Source of the DNA: an uncultured cyanobacterium
GTDB taxonomy: Bacteria > Cyanobacteriota > Cyanobacteriia > Leptolyngbyales > Leptolyngbyaceae
Direction: 5' to 3'
DNA: 56,834 nt
NCBI GenBank assembly: GCA_963766075.1
Contig: CAVYAN010000081.1
Coordinates: 1-56,834 of the forward strand
The translations under genes and the position numbers were made by a program. Under the pieces are notes generated by a model. That model made no database searches. It was given only the letters and a program-made list of their open reading frames with translations, and was not told the origin of the DNA. Below are positions 19,811-30,250 of the stretch, piece after piece; position 1 is the first letter of the stretch; every line of letters starts with the position of its first letter.

Positions 19811-20575
19811 ATGCGATCGCCTCTTTTCTCCGCAGCCCCCGCTGATTTTCGCCCGGAATGTATCCTCCTGGCTGAGCCTGATACCGAGTTACAGCAGCAG
19901 ATCCACCTCGCGCTAACCCAGGATGGCTACGAAGCATGGCCCGCAGGCGACGGTCAGACCGTTCTAGACATTGTGGAGCTGGCTATCCCTACTGGAATGT
20001 CCAGGGATGGCGAGGTCTGGGTACCCGATCTGTTGATTTTGGATACGGCCCTGCCGGACATGAGCGGCCTGGATTTGTGTCGGCAACTGCGGCGGCAGCG
20101 CTACACGCTGCCAATTCTCATGACCAGCACCAAAAGCAGCGAAGTCGATCGCGTTGTGGGCCTAGAGTTAGGAGCCGACGACTACTTGATTAAACCCTTT
20201 GGGATCCGCGAGCTGATCGCCCGCTGTCGATCGCTGCTGCGCCGTCGGCAGCGGTTTGCTTCTACTTTTCCCCAGGAAACCGTTCTCTCCTTCCAAGAGA
20301 TTCTGATCTATCCAGAATCCTGTCGGGCCACGTGTCGCGGCCTCGAATTGACCCTTTCCCCCAAGGAATTTCGCCTGCTAGAGCTGCTGATTCGCTATCC
20401 GCGTCGCGTCTGGAACCGAGAGCAACTGCTGGAACGAGTCTGGGGCAGTGACTTTGTCGGCGACACCAAAACGGTGGATGTGCATATCCGCTGGCTCCGC
20501 GAAAAGCTGGAAGCCGATCCCAGCCAGCCTCAATACATCCAAACGGTACGCGGCTTTGGCTATCGCCTGGGATGA
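19811..20575 (+). CDS. sphR: OmpR-family response regulator, PhoB/SphR-like
   Basis: Receiver (LILD, GADDYLIKPF) plus wHTH (KTVDVHIRWLREKLE, TVRGFGY); directly after pstB. Confidence 0.75.
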   Translation: MRSPLFSAAPADFRPECILLAEPDTELQQQIHLALTQDGYEAWPAGDGQTVLDIVELAIPTGMSRDGEVWVPDLLILDTALPDMSGLDLCRQLRRQRYTLPILMTSTKSSEVDRVVGLELGADDYLIKPFGIRELIARCRSLLRRRQRFASTFPQETVLSFQEILIYPESCRATCRGLELTLSPKEFRLLELLIRYPRRVWNREQLLERVWGSDFVGDTKTVDVHIRWLREKLEADPSQPQYIQTVRGFGYRLG

Positions 20576-20589
20576 AGTGCGGGGGAAAC

Positions 20590-20913
20590 TGACGTACTAG
20601 TTTGCCAGCTTCTGGCGTAGAAATTCGGTTAATGGCTGCCCAGTATTCTGTATAGATAGAATCACTCAAAACTAAGTTGAAGTGCTCATTTTGGCGTTCC
20701 AGATCGTAAAGATTCCAGGCAATTTCCGCTTGATTCTGTCCGACCTGTGGTATCTATGGTAGTCTTTCAAAAAAGCCAGTTTGCACAACGATCACCCGCT
20801 TCTTGACCCACGCACGCAAAATCTTCCCTTTGTAGAGTAATTGTGGAACCAATCGTTTACGGGAAGATGAAAGGTAGTCTGGAGTTGGATAATAGTCTGC
20901 GAGTTGTGACCAG
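20590..20913 (-). pseudogene. C-terminal remnant of a NotI-family restriction endonuclease
   Basis: Manual translation WSQLADYYPTPDYLSSSRKRLVPQLLYKGKILRAW...FFERLP*IPQV...AEIAWNLYDL...YTEYWAAINRISTP; in-frame TAG; 5' part ends at the IS. Confidence 0.65.
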
Positions 20914-20916
20914 TTA

Positions 20917-22087
20917 GGGACTTCCAAAAAATAAATCGTCCCAGTCTTAATGAACTAGACTGAAGCCATGTTGCACCTCACAGATTCACTCAAAGTGTTA
21001 TTGCAAGAGACCGCCGAGCACCTTCAAGGTCATGAGCGCCGTCGGTTTATGGCCCAAACGGTAGCGGAGTAGGGTCGTGGCGACCAGCGCCTTGCGGAGC
21101 GGGAATTAGGTTGGCACCGTGACCTGATTGGCAAAGTTCACCACGACTCGTTTGTATACCCGCCTCAGTGCCGCCGAAGTCCGTCGTCAACTGATTAGCC
21201 AAAACGGTTACAGCAGTGAAGCCTTGCCGAGCACCGAAACGATTCGGACTAGGCTCAATCAATTGGACTACTATCCGAGCAAAGTCGGAAAAACGAAACC
21301 TCAAAAAAAATTGCCTTGACCGATGCCATTTTTGACCAACTCGCTATCGTCAACGCCGCCGCCGTGGCCGACCCCACGGTATTATGGCTCTCATTGGATG
21401 CCAAAGCCGGAGTGAAAGTGGGTCCGTTCTCCCGGAAAGGCAAAAATCGGATTGAGACCGCAGCCTGTGACCATGACTTTGCCCCAAAGAATACGGTCAT
21501 TCCTTATGGGATTTTTCTCCCCGAGTGGGACGAGTTATTTCTCTATTGCACCACCTCAAACGTCACCAGTGACTTCATGGTCGATGTTTTAGAGGCTTGG
21601 TGGTTGGCGCATCGACACCGTTTTCCATCTGTCCAAACTTTATTACTCAACCAGGATAATGGACCAGAAAATCATTCTAGGCGGACTCAGTTCATGAAAC
21701 GGATGGTGGACTTTGCTGGGCGTCATCAAGTGAATCTCCGATTGGCTTATTATCCGCCGTATCACAGTAAATACAATCCGATTGAGCGGACTTGGGGCGT
21801 TCTGGAAAATCACTGGAATGGCAATATTCTCGATGAGATTGACACCGTTTTGCAATTTGCTCGCTCGATGACTTGGAACGGTCACAACCCGGTGGTTAAT
21901 CTCGTTACCCAAACCTACCAAACCGAGGTCAAACTGACAAAACTAGCGATGGCGGAGGTCGAAACTCAGATTCAGCGCTTGGACGAATTCGAGGTTAACG
22001 GCAAACTCCTGAATCTTAGCAAATGGTTTGTCGAGATTTTTTATTGCCCTGAGACAGCATTGGCATGATTATTTATTTGGAAGTCCC
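20917..22087 (+). mobile_element. ISAzo13-family insertion sequence, degenerate
   Basis: Inverted repeats GGGACTTCCAAAAAATAAAT / ATTATTTATTTGGAAGTCCC; TA on both flanks (20915-16 and 22088-89). Confidence 0.88.
20968..22068 (+). pseudogene. ISAzo13 DDE transposase pseudogene
   Basis: SLDAKA, NQDNGPEN, YYPPYHSKYNPIER; in-frame TAG at 21070; apparent internal deletion near 21135; frame change at the A8 run near 21303-21310. Confidence 0.85.
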
Positions 22088-22431
22088 TAATCAAAAGCAC
22101 CTGAGATCGCCGCTCATCTCCAGGGCGATCGCCCACCGCCCACAGCAACCAGGATTCTGATGGAAGAATGGAGCGATCGCCGAAAATTGCCCTAAAATCA
22201 AAGAATTAGCCCATGAAACAATAGACCCAACCGCCTGTTCAAGCTGGAAAGCAGTCAAGCAATGATTGGGCTTCTCTCAATGCCCTACAGATTGATCATG
22301 CGTCCAGAGGCGGAATTGGATATTCAAGCTGCCTTCAAAGGGTGTGAAGCACAAACGTCTGGATTAGGTTCTGAGTGCGTCCGTACCGTTGATGCTTACC
22401 CAAAGTCCTGAGCATCCTAACGCCGCAAACA

Positions 22432-23646
22432 TCAGTTAGCCCATGCTTCTGCACACGTTTGCAAACAGTTGACTAAGTAATCAATTTGCTGGGGAGTGTG
22501 GGTTGCCATGACACACAGACGCAAACGGCTCGTGGGAACTGTGGGGGGACGAATGCTACCCACAAAGACGCCAGCATGTTGCAGCGATCGCCCCAGTTCC
22601 AGAACCGTTTTGGCACTTTTGACCGGCAGACAAACAATCGCAGAATCGCTGGGCAGATAAGGTTTCTGTGACGGTGCTTCACGAGCACATTGGCCCCAGT
22701 CCATGGCCATCAACTGCTGCTTCAGATGCGTGATATTTTGCCACAGGCGATCGCGCCGTATGGGTTCCTGATGTAGCACGCGAATTGCCGCCAGCGCCGC
22801 CGCTGTATCAGCTGGCGATAGCCCCGTTGTGTAGATCCAACCTGTGGCCCGGTTCCGTAAAAAATCAATCAGCGCCGCAGACCCCGCCACAAATCCTCCC
22901 AAACTGCCTAGGGCTTTACTCAGCGTACCAATTTGAATTAGCGGTCGCCCAATACAGCCAAAATGCTCCGTACTGCCAGCCCCAGTTGCACCGATCACCC
23001 CGGTAGCGTGGGCTTCATCAATCACCACCATCGCCCTGTAGCCATCGGCCAAATCTAACAAATTGGGCAGGGGACACAGATCGCCATCCATACTAAACAC
23101 GCTATCGGTCAGAATCAAACAGCGTCGATAGTGATGGCGCTGTTCAACTAAAATCTGCTTGAGATGTTGCATCGAACAATGGCGATATTCGATGACTGTC
23201 GCTTTGCTCAGAATCGCCCCATTTTTGAGGCTAGCATGGTTGTATTCATCCGCTAAAATTAAGTCGCGCGCGTTGACTAAAGCACTCACGGTACTAAGAT
23301 TCGCTAAATATCCTGAACTAAATACCAGGGCTGCCTCAGTCTGCTTCAGTGCAGCGATCGCCTGCTCCAACTCGGAGTGTAAGGCCCGATGACCACTCAC
23401 CAGACGCGATCCAGTGGTGCCGGTGCCGTACTCCTGGGTGGCCGCCATCGCCGCTGCAATCAGGCAATCATCCCCCGCTAGCCCCAGATAATCATTGCTG
23501 CCAAAGTTCAGCAGCGATCGCCCTTCCATTTCAATCACAGCCCCCGGACGGTGGGCGATCGCCTGCACCGTCCGATGCCAATCAGCCCGATGAAGGGCCT
23601 GCAAGGCTTGATCGATCCAGTCATAGGCATCATTCGCCGGCATCAT
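22432..23646 (-). CDS. bioF: 8-amino-7-oxononanoate synthase
   Basis: FGSNDYLGL, NHASL, SVFSMDGD, DEAHATG, GTLSKALG, IRPPTVP. Confidence 0.95.
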   Translation of the reverse strand: MMPANDAYDWIDQALQALHRADWHRTVQAIAHRPGAVIEMEGRSLLNFGSNDYLGLAGDDCLIAAAMAATQEYGTGTTGSRLVSGHRALHSELEQAIAALKQTEAALVFSSGYLANLSTVSALVNARDLILADEYNHASLKNGAILSKATVIEYRHCSMQHLKQILVEQRHHYRRCLILTDSVFSMDGDLCPLPNLLDLADGYRAMVVIDEAHATGVIGATGAGSTEHFGCIGRPLIQIGTLSKALGSLGGFVAGSAALIDFLRNRATGWIYTTGLSPADTAAALAAIRVLHQEPIRRDRLWQNITHLKQQLMAMDWGQCAREAPSQKPYLPSDSAIVCLPVKSAKTVLELGRSLQHAGVFVGSIRPPTVPTSRLRLCVMATHTPQQIDYLVNCLQTCAEAWAN

Positions 23647-24043
23647 GGTTTTCAAGGGGAATATCGTGGAGTTGCATATAGCTCAGCAGCCAGTTCACCA
23701 TCGTGGCACGACGAGTTTTGCGGGGAATCAGCTCGTCTACACGATAGCCTTTGAACCCCAGGACTTGCTTCAGCAATTGCTTATGCTCTGCTGGAATTGC
23801 GCGGGTTAATTTCACCGTTGCCGGACGACTTTCAATAAAATTAGGCGGCTCTGGATAGGCATCCCGCCAATCTGCGGCCACGGCAGTCACGTCCCATCCC
23901 GTCACCGAATCGGCACGATAGCCCAAGCAACGCCATACCAGGTGATTCGTGGTGGCATCATCCAACTGATCCTGCAAAATTGCCCAGAGGGTATGGGCAT
24001 TTAGGGGCGGGGTATCCGCCGAATCCTGTATCAATACGTCCAT
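23630..24043 (-). CDS. DUF1823-family protein
   Basis: LVWRCLGYR, RPATVKLTR, KQLLK..LGFKGY, TRRATMVNWLL. Confidence 0.8.
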   Translation of the reverse strand: MDVLIQDSADTPPLNAHTLWAILQDQLDDATTNHLVWRCLGYRADSVTGWDVTAVAADWRDAYPEPPNFIESRPATVKLTRAIPAEHKQLLKQVLGFKGYRVDELIPRKTRRATMVNWLLSYMQLHDIPLENHDAGE

Positions 24044-24158
24044 AATTTCTCCGCCCGATTGCTGAGCCCAATGGCTGAGTCCTAATTCTGAGTTCTAACG
24101 TCCACAATCGGTCATTCCCTTGTACCCTATACCCTGTACTCGATACCCAAAGCAAGTC

Positions 24159-24431
24159 ATGGAAACAATTCGCGCACATGTTTGGATTTCTGGCAAAGTG
24201 CAAGGCATTGGCTACCGGGTTTCTACCCTAGCAATGGCCACAACGCTAAAGGTAAACGGATGGGTCCGCAACCTGCCCGATGGTCGGGTAGAAGCCGTAT
24301 TTGAAGGCAAAGATGATCCCGTTGAAGACATGATTAGCTGGTGCCAGCATGGCCCGGATGCAGCCGTGGTCAGAGATGTGGAGATTGAGTATGAAGCCGT
24401 GACCGGATTGACCGAATTTGAGATTAAATAA
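24159..24431 (+). CDS. acyP: Acylphosphatase
   Basis: ISGKVQGIGYR, GWVRNLPDGRVEAVFEG, GPDAAVV. Confidence 0.93.
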   Translation: METIRAHVWISGKVQGIGYRVSTLAMATTLKVNGWVRNLPDGRVEAVFEGKDDPVEDMISWCQHGPDAAVVRDVEIEYEAVTGLTEFEIK

Positions 24432-24493
24432 AGCTTGAGATTAAATAAAGTGCGCTATGGACACGATCAGAGCATCGAACAAAAAGCCTTAAA

Positions 24494-24538
24494 AAAAGCC
24501 TTCTCTCTCGGTTTTTAGATCGAGGGGAGAAGGCTTTC
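24494..24538. terminator. Bidirectional intrinsic terminator between acyP and acsF
   Basis: Stem AAAGCCTTCTCTCTCG...CGAGGGGAGAAGGCTTT with A/T tails between convergent genes. Confidence 0.7.
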
Positions 24539-24556
24539 AAGGCGAAATTATGAAAC

Positions 24557-25633
24557 CTAGCGCACTACCCCATGATCAGCGGCGGCATCAATCGGCTTCA
24601 TCAGATAAAGCCGTAGCAATTGCCAGAGGGTAGAGGCATAAAGCGGCAGTTTCTGCACCAGCTTCACGGGAGCCAAGGCGTTCGATTCAGCGATCGCCGT
24701 TAGCTTTTCGTTATTGGTAATGCAGGTTTCCAGACGATTGTAGAATTCAGGGGTTTCGACATTCAAAATCACAGGAAAAACCTTGCCCGCCGAAGCATTG
24801 GTTTTATTGATCACCGTGCGCTCAAATTCTCGGGTATTTAATCCCAAGCTTTCATAGAACCCCGTGCGCTGAATGTCATTCAGATACATCGTGGCAAACA
24901 CCGATAGCAAAAAGAACCGACACCATAACCGTGCTCGCCAATCATTGAGCGTGTTGGGCTGAGCCCGCATTACCGCATCAAAGAAATCACCATGGCGATT
25001 TTCATCTTGGCACCAGTTATCAAAGAACTTGAAGATGGGATAAATCCGATCCTCAGGATGGGAATCCAGATGATGGAAAATGGTGATATAGCGCCAGTAG
25101 CCAATTTTTTCCGACAGATACGTCGCGTAGAAAATGAACTTGGGCTTGAAGAAGGTGTACTTGCGGCTCTTGGTCAAAAAGCCCAGATCCAACTGCAGAT
25201 TAAAGTCAGACATGGCCTTGTTGAGGAAGCCAGCATGCCGCGCTTCATCGCGAGACATCAGGGCAAAGCCCTCAGCCAGCAAGGGATTGCGATCCTTCAG
25301 CTTGCGACTAAGCTCCTTGTATAGCAAAAAGCCGGAAAACTCCGCTGTACAGGAGCGTTCTAGGAACTCGACAAATAGCTTGCGGGTTTCACCATCAATA
25401 TGCTCCCAGGACTGTTCAAAATCCGCATCCCGAACAAAGTGATGGCGATTATAGTCCACCCGGAATTCTTCTAGCAGCGCCTCAATTTCCTCAGCGTTGG
25501 CAGACATATCCATTTCTGCCATGGCATCAAAATCTGTGGTGTAAAACCGAGGCGTCAGGATGGTTTCCTTTGCCGGAACTTTCACACCGGGGCGCAGTTC
25601 TTCAAAACCAGGTTTGTTAAGGGTATTTACCAT
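24557..25633 (-). CDS. acsF: Mg-protoporphyrin IX monomethyl ester oxidative cyclase
   Basis: [36 protein letters not shown] di-iron motifs. Confidence 0.97.
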   Translation of the reverse strand: MVNTLNKPGFEELRPGVKVPAKETILTPRFYTTDFDAMAEMDMSANAEEIEALLEEFRVDYNRHHFVRDADFEQSWEHIDGETRKLFVEFLERSCTAEFSGFLLYKELSRKLKDRNPLLAEGFALMSRDEARHAGFLNKAMSDFNLQLDLGFLTKSRKYTFFKPKFIFYATYLSEKIGYWRYITIFHHLDSHPEDRIYPIFKFFDNWCQDENRHGDFFDAVMRAQPNTLNDWRARLWCRFFLLSVFATMYLNDIQRTGFYESLGLNTREFERTVINKTNASAGKVFPVILNVETPEFYNRLETCITNNEKLTAIAESNALAPVKLVQKLPLYASTLWQLLRLYLMKPIDAAADHGVVR

Positions 25634-25952
25634 GAGTCTTTTGCTTCTAGAGAATCTGCATTTGAAAACTTAGGCGGCTCGACAAAGCTGAGAAATAATC
25701 GCCACAACCATTAGTGTATCAAGGCTTGAAGGTGCAAAGATCACGTTTTTGTTAAGAGTTACTACACAAAGTCGCGACTCCGAGGCGCTCTGGGGGGCAG
25801 GGGGTGGCTTAATGGCCCCCCTAACTGTGGAAAACTCTTTATGATGAACTTCAGAGTGAACTATCTATGAGCCACTATCCATCTGCCATCAACGTTCACG
25901 CGCCATCCCCCCTAAAGGCGACAGGCATTGCCCAGAATCATGCCCCAGAATC

Positions 25953-26480
25953 ATGTCCCAGATGATGCAAAACCCAAACCGAGTCGAAACCGCCTATATC
26001 CTGTGGCTGGGCTGTCTGCTGCAACTGCACGGGCTGCAACGCCTCTACAATGGCAAAATTGTTACGGGCTTGCTGTGGCTGTTTACCTTCGGACTCTTTG
26101 GCCTTGGGCAATTTGCCGATTTGTTTTTAATCCCTGGCATGGTGGAAGAGCACAATGCCAAGTTGCGATCGCGCCAGAGTCTTGGCGGGGGCACAGGACC
26201 GTTTAACTCCAAGATCAGCGGGCAAATCACGATGCAACAGACATTGAAGCCGCCCACCGCGATCGCCCCTGAACTGGCTGTTAACCAACTCAGGGTGCAA
26301 CTGCTAACTGCCGCCGCCGACCGCCAAGGGCAATTGTCCGTCACCCAGGGCGTGATGGCAACGGGCGCAGGCTTCCATGAAGTTGAAGCCGCACTGCTGG
26401 GCATCGTCAAAGCAGGCTATGCCGATATAACCAACCATCCGGATAGCGGCATCGTTATCTATAAATTCAGAGAATTGTGA
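25953..26480 (+). CDS. TM2/NINE-domain membrane protein with C-terminal winged-helix-like region
   Basis: AYILW...HGLQRLYNGK..TGLLWLFTFGLFGLGQFADLFLIP; LSVTQGVMATG. Confidence 0.8.
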   Translation: MSQMMQNPNRVETAYILWLGCLLQLHGLQRLYNGKIVTGLLWLFTFGLFGLGQFADLFLIPGMVEEHNAKLRSRQSLGGGTGPFNSKISGQITMQQTLKPPTAIAPELAVNQLRVQLLTAAADRQGQLSVTQGVMATGAGFHEVEAALLGIVKAGYADITNHPDSGIVIYKFREL

Positions 26481-26496
26481 ACCCGAAGTTTGGCCC

Positions 26497-26991
26497 CTAA
26501 TTTCTAACCAGCCACTTTTGAGCGTTCAACCGTTGCAACGTCCAAAACACCAAGAGGCCAAGATCCACCTTACGCTCATCAATGCGGAAGGACTCTAACG
26601 TGCTGGGCTTGCCGCCGGTATCGGAATAGGAAAAGCCCTTTTGGCCGCCAATGGATTCGTCGAAGAAATAGAGGGTGAATTCTCGGGACTGTTTGTACCC
26701 GCTGTTCCAACGGCCAATCACCTGCCAGCATTCGGGTAGCTGGGAAAATCCGGTAATGTTGACTTTGCGCTGCTCAAACCGCAGATCAATGTCCATATCG
26801 GCCAATCCTTGCTGAATCAGGCCAGTTTTGAGCGCAGGCAGATAGTGCTGCTGCATAAACTCGGTAAAGGGCTTGTCTTCTAGGGCAGGGGGTTTCTCCT
26901 TTTTGGCCTTGGCGGCGGCGGGGGCGGCTGCCGATTTTGCCGCGGCGGGAGAGGTTTCTGCGGGGGCATTGGGCGTGGTTTCGTCTGCCAT
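26497..26991 (-). CDS. DUF2996-family protein
   Basis: KPPALEDKPFTEF, STLESFRIDERK, LQRLNAQKWL. Confidence 0.85.
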   Translation of the reverse strand: MADETTPNAPAETSPAAAKSAAAPAAAKAKKEKPPALEDKPFTEFMQQHYLPALKTGLIQQGLADMDIDLRFEQRKVNITGFSQLPECWQVIGRWNSGYKQSREFTLYFFDESIGGQKGFSYSDTGGKPSTLESFRIDERKVDLGLLVFWTLQRLNAQKWLVRN

Positions 26992-27206
26992 GAGGTCTGT
27001 CCTTTCTAGAAAGTCTATGCCGCGAGGTGAAATACTCAGTTCTGACAGTCCATCTTAGTCGGAATTCGGCCTGTGAACCAGCCCCGAGAATCCGATGCGA
27101 TCGATAGAATGTAACCCATAGAACCCGAGCTAGTCCGGCGGCAGCGCGATCGCCCAGAACCTCTGCCCCTGATCCTGTCCCCGGTCGCTGCCCCTGATTC
27201 CTGTCC

Positions 27207-27632
27207 CTAGCGGCGACAAAGGTTGCCAAACAGTTGCTGGGTGAGGGGATCATTCGAGGCCCGGAACAAGGGACCGCGATCGCCCGGATCGCGATCGTCT
27301 AAATAATTTTTGTTGGCATCATAAGCCACCATTTGTCGTACCCGCACGGCCCGCGCCCGACAATCTAAAGACAGGTAGTATTTCAACGATCCCAACTGGA
27401 CTGAACCTTTGCCGATGGGTTTATCAAACAACAAATAAGCAGATAACCAAACAATCTGGCCCTGCTTTTTCACCGAATCCCGATCCACAAAAAATCTAAA
27501 ATCTCGGTTCGTGCTGTACTCAATCCAGGTTTCAGCCCGGACCGGAGTCACCATCCCCCAGCTTACCGTCGCGAGTAGCAGTGCGGCTCCCAAGCCGCGC
27601 TGAACGTTTGTCATATTTGCCATTCTCTTCAT
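27207..27632 (-). CDS. Secreted protein, surface-adhesin E-like
   Basis: Signal peptide; FVDRDSVK..G.IVW, LDCRAR, terminal Cys. Confidence 0.65.
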   Translation of the reverse strand: MKRMANMTNVQRGLGAALLLATVSWGMVTPVRAETWIEYSTNRDFRFFVDRDSVKKQGQIVWLSAYLLFDKPIGKGSVQLGSLKYYLSLDCRARAVRVRQMVAYDANKNYLDDRDPGDRGPLFRASNDPLTQQLFGNLCRR

Positions 27633-27788
27633 AAAGATTGCGTAATACTCGATACTGAATTTGCGTAATACTGAAGCTGTGTAATACCTGCGTCATCCTG
27701 AAGGTTGCGTCGCCCCGACAATTTCTCCGACAAGTTCAAGGGGCTAACTCAGACATTGCCAAAGACTCATTCCTTTCGAGATCCTGCT

Positions 27789-28649
27789 GTGCAGTCATCC
27801 CCCGCTCGTTTACCGGTTCGTTTAAAGACACATATCCAAGGTTCAGGATTCCCGATTTTGTGTCTCCACGGTCATCCCGGCTCAGGTCGTAGTTTGGCTG
27901 TGTTTACTCAGCCCCTATCGGCGCAATTCCAAACCATCGCCCCCGATTTGCGGGGCTACGGAAGCAGCCAAGTGTCTCGCCCTTTCGTGATGACCGACCA
28001 CCTGACGGACCTAGAAGCGCTCTTGGAAGACCAGCAGATCGATCGCTGTTTGGTGCTCGGCTGGTCCTTAGGAGGGATTCTGGCCATGGAACTGGCGCTG
28101 CGTTTTCCAGACCGGGTGCAGGGGTTAATCCTAGTGGCCACTGCCGCGCGCCCCTGGGGGGATCATCCCGCGATCACGCTGATGGATAACATTAATACAG
28201 GCATCGCAGGTATTGTGAATCGCCTCCGGCCCGGTTGGCAGTGGAATATTGATACCTTTGGCAAGCGATCGCTGTTCCGTTACCTTGTGCAGCAGCACAC
28301 CCCGCGGACCTATCAGTACCTCGCAGATGCCGCGCTACCCGCCTTTTTACAAACCTCTAGCCATGCCACTCGGGCTCTGTTTTCCTCGATTCAACAGGGC
28401 TACAACCGTTTGCCCGCCCTCTCCCAGATTACGGCTCCCTGCCTGGTGCTAGCCGGAGACTGCGATCGCCACATCACCGCCGCCGCTAGCCGTGAAATGC
28501 TCACGGTTTTGCCCAACGCCGAATACCACGGCTATCCCAACACGGCTCACCTGTTTCCGTGGGAAATTCCCGATCAGGTCATCGCCGACATTGAAGACTG
28601 GTTGGACAGACAGGGGTTTGCAGGCAAAATTCCCGTACCCAAAATCTAA
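27789..28649 (+). CDS. Alpha/beta fold hydrolase
   Basis: LHGHPG, PDLRGYG, GWSLGG nucleophile elbow, AHLFPWE; start uncertain. Confidence 0.88.
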   Translation: MQSSPARLPVRLKTHIQGSGFPILCLHGHPGSGRSLAVFTQPLSAQFQTIAPDLRGYGSSQVSRPFVMTDHLTDLEALLEDQQIDRCLVLGWSLGGILAMELALRFPDRVQGLILVATAARPWGDHPAITLMDNINTGIAGIVNRLRPGWQWNIDTFGKRSLFRYLVQQHTPRTYQYLADAALPAFLQTSSHATRALFSSIQQGYNRLPALSQITAPCLVLAGDCDRHITAAASREMLTVLPNAEYHGYPNTAHLFPWEIPDQVIADIEDWLDRQGFAGKIPVPKI

Positions 28650-28751
28650 AATCCCCATAAAGCCCCTGCCCAAACTTAGTAAAGTTGCTGCCAGGGGGGT
28701 AGAAATCAGTCAAAATACCGATGTAAAGGGTTGGGGACGATCGCAGCGGCA

Positions 28752-29222
28752 ATGGATGATTCACTGATTACACTGCTCCTAGAAAACTTGAAGAGTGCGG
28801 ATGAGTGGGTACGGGATCTGGCCACGCAACAACTGTGGCAACTGTGGTTTGAACAGAAAGGAGCCGTGGGCCTAGAGGTGTTGCGCCGATCGCAAACCCT
28901 GATCGAGAGGGGGGATCTAGACGGCGCGGAAACCACGCTGACCCAAATTATTCTCTCCCAGCCCGACTTTGCCGAAGCCTGGAATCGGCGGGCTGTACTC
29001 TACTTTATGCAGGGCCAATATTGGGACGCGATCGCGGACTGTGAGATGGTGATTCAGCTAAACCCCATTCACTTTGGAGCACTCCATGGTTTGGGTCTCA
29101 GCTATGCTGCCGTAGGCCAATATTCCCGCGCTATCCGGGCGTTTCACCGCGCTTTAAAGGTTCAGCCCCACTCGATCGAAAATCAACGGTTTATTTTGGA
29201 ATGTACAGCGCGCTTGAGTTAG
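28752..29222 (+). CDS. Tetratricopeptide repeat protein
   Basis: PDFAEAWNRRA, NPIHFGALHGLG. Confidence 0.85.
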   Translation: MDDSLITLLLENLKSADEWVRDLATQQLWQLWFEQKGAVGLEVLRRSQTLIERGDLDGAETTLTQIILSQPDFAEAWNRRAVLYFMQGQYWDAIADCEMVIQLNPIHFGALHGLGLSYAAVGQYSRAIRAFHRALKVQPHSIENQRFILECTARLS

Positions 29223-29246
29223 CGCGATCGCGCTCAAGCAGACTCC

Positions 29247-29324
29247 CACCCGAAGCCGGACACCCGGAGCCGGACACCCGAAGCCGGAAAGTCGAAGCCG
29301 GAAAGTCGAAGCCGGAAAATCGAA
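29247..29324. repeat. 14-bp tandem repeat (CACCCGAAGCCGGA / AAGTCGAAGCCGGA) x about 5.5
   Basis: Units start at 29247, 29261, 29275, 29289 and 29303; partial at 29317. Confidence 0.9.
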
Positions 29325-29409
29325 CGCAGAACTTATTAAAAGGCCGTGAGCTTTGGACTCGGCGGTTGACAAATCGCAGTACACTACAGGGCATGCTTTT
29401 GGAGTGATT

Positions 29410-30225
29410 ATGTCACCGCCTTATCTGACGCCCTACCTGATTTTGCTGGATAGCAGCGCCCTCCTGCTGGGGCGATCGCAGGAATGGCAAACCTTTGCAC
29501 GGATCGGTCCCTGCCACATTCCCCAGGTGATTTGGGAGGAAATGCAGTTTCTAAGCGATCGCGCAACGGATGCCAACCTGGAACGTACCGCTCGGGAGTT
29601 CCTCCGCTTCTATCCCCAGAGCGGCTGGCAAACCATCCACACCCTCGCTGACCACCCCCAACTCCAACCCGCAGCCGGAGCCACACTCAGCAAAAAAGCC
29701 CGTCTAGCCCTAGCCGTGGCGCAAACCACCTATGGGTTTGCGGTGAACCACGCCACGGCCCTGACGGTGCTAGTGAGCAACGATGCGGGCTTACTGAAAC
29801 AGATTGCGGCCCTCCAGTTGCCCAACCTGTGTGGCATTCCCCAAGCCGCTTGGATGCAATGGATCCGCACCCAGCGCAAACCCGATGTGGTGCTGCGACA
29901 CCTGCATACGCTGCGGAAAGTTCCTCAGGCCACGGATGCAATTCAACCGGCGGCGTCAAGGGGAAGAAATCCTGGAACTGCTGGCTTATCTCCTTCCTGG
30001 CGCTCCCCCGAGCCGGGAACACGCCATGTTGCAGCACCGCCGCCCGCCTTCATGCGCCGCTACTCTCCGACGCGATCGCTCAGACGACGGATCGTGCAAG
30101 CTCTGACCACACTCATGATGTTGCTCGGATTGGCGATCGCCGGTATGGCAGTCTGGCGTACGCTACATCCCCCCAGTTTCAATCAGTTTTGGCGAGAGAT
30201 TGGAGCCCCACTACCACTCCGCTAG
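29410..30225 (+). CDS. PIN-like domain protein with C-terminal membrane anchor
   Basis: ILLDSSALL, IPQVIWEEM, LVSND; C-terminal TM helix. Confidence 0.65.
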   Translation: MSPPYLTPYLILLDSSALLLGRSQEWQTFARIGPCHIPQVIWEEMQFLSDRATDANLERTAREFLRFYPQSGWQTIHTLADHPQLQPAAGATLSKKARLALAVAQTTYGFAVNHATALTVLVSNDAGLLKQIAALQLPNLCGIPQAAWMQWIRTQRKPDVVLRHLHTLRKVPQATDAIQPAASRGRNPGTAGLSPSWRSPEPGTRHVAAPPPAFMRRYSPTRSLRRRIVQALTTLMMLLGLAIAGMAVWRTLHPPSFNQFWREIGAPLPLR

Positions 30226-30250
30226 TTCAACCCCTCAGCCCAAAAGGGCC

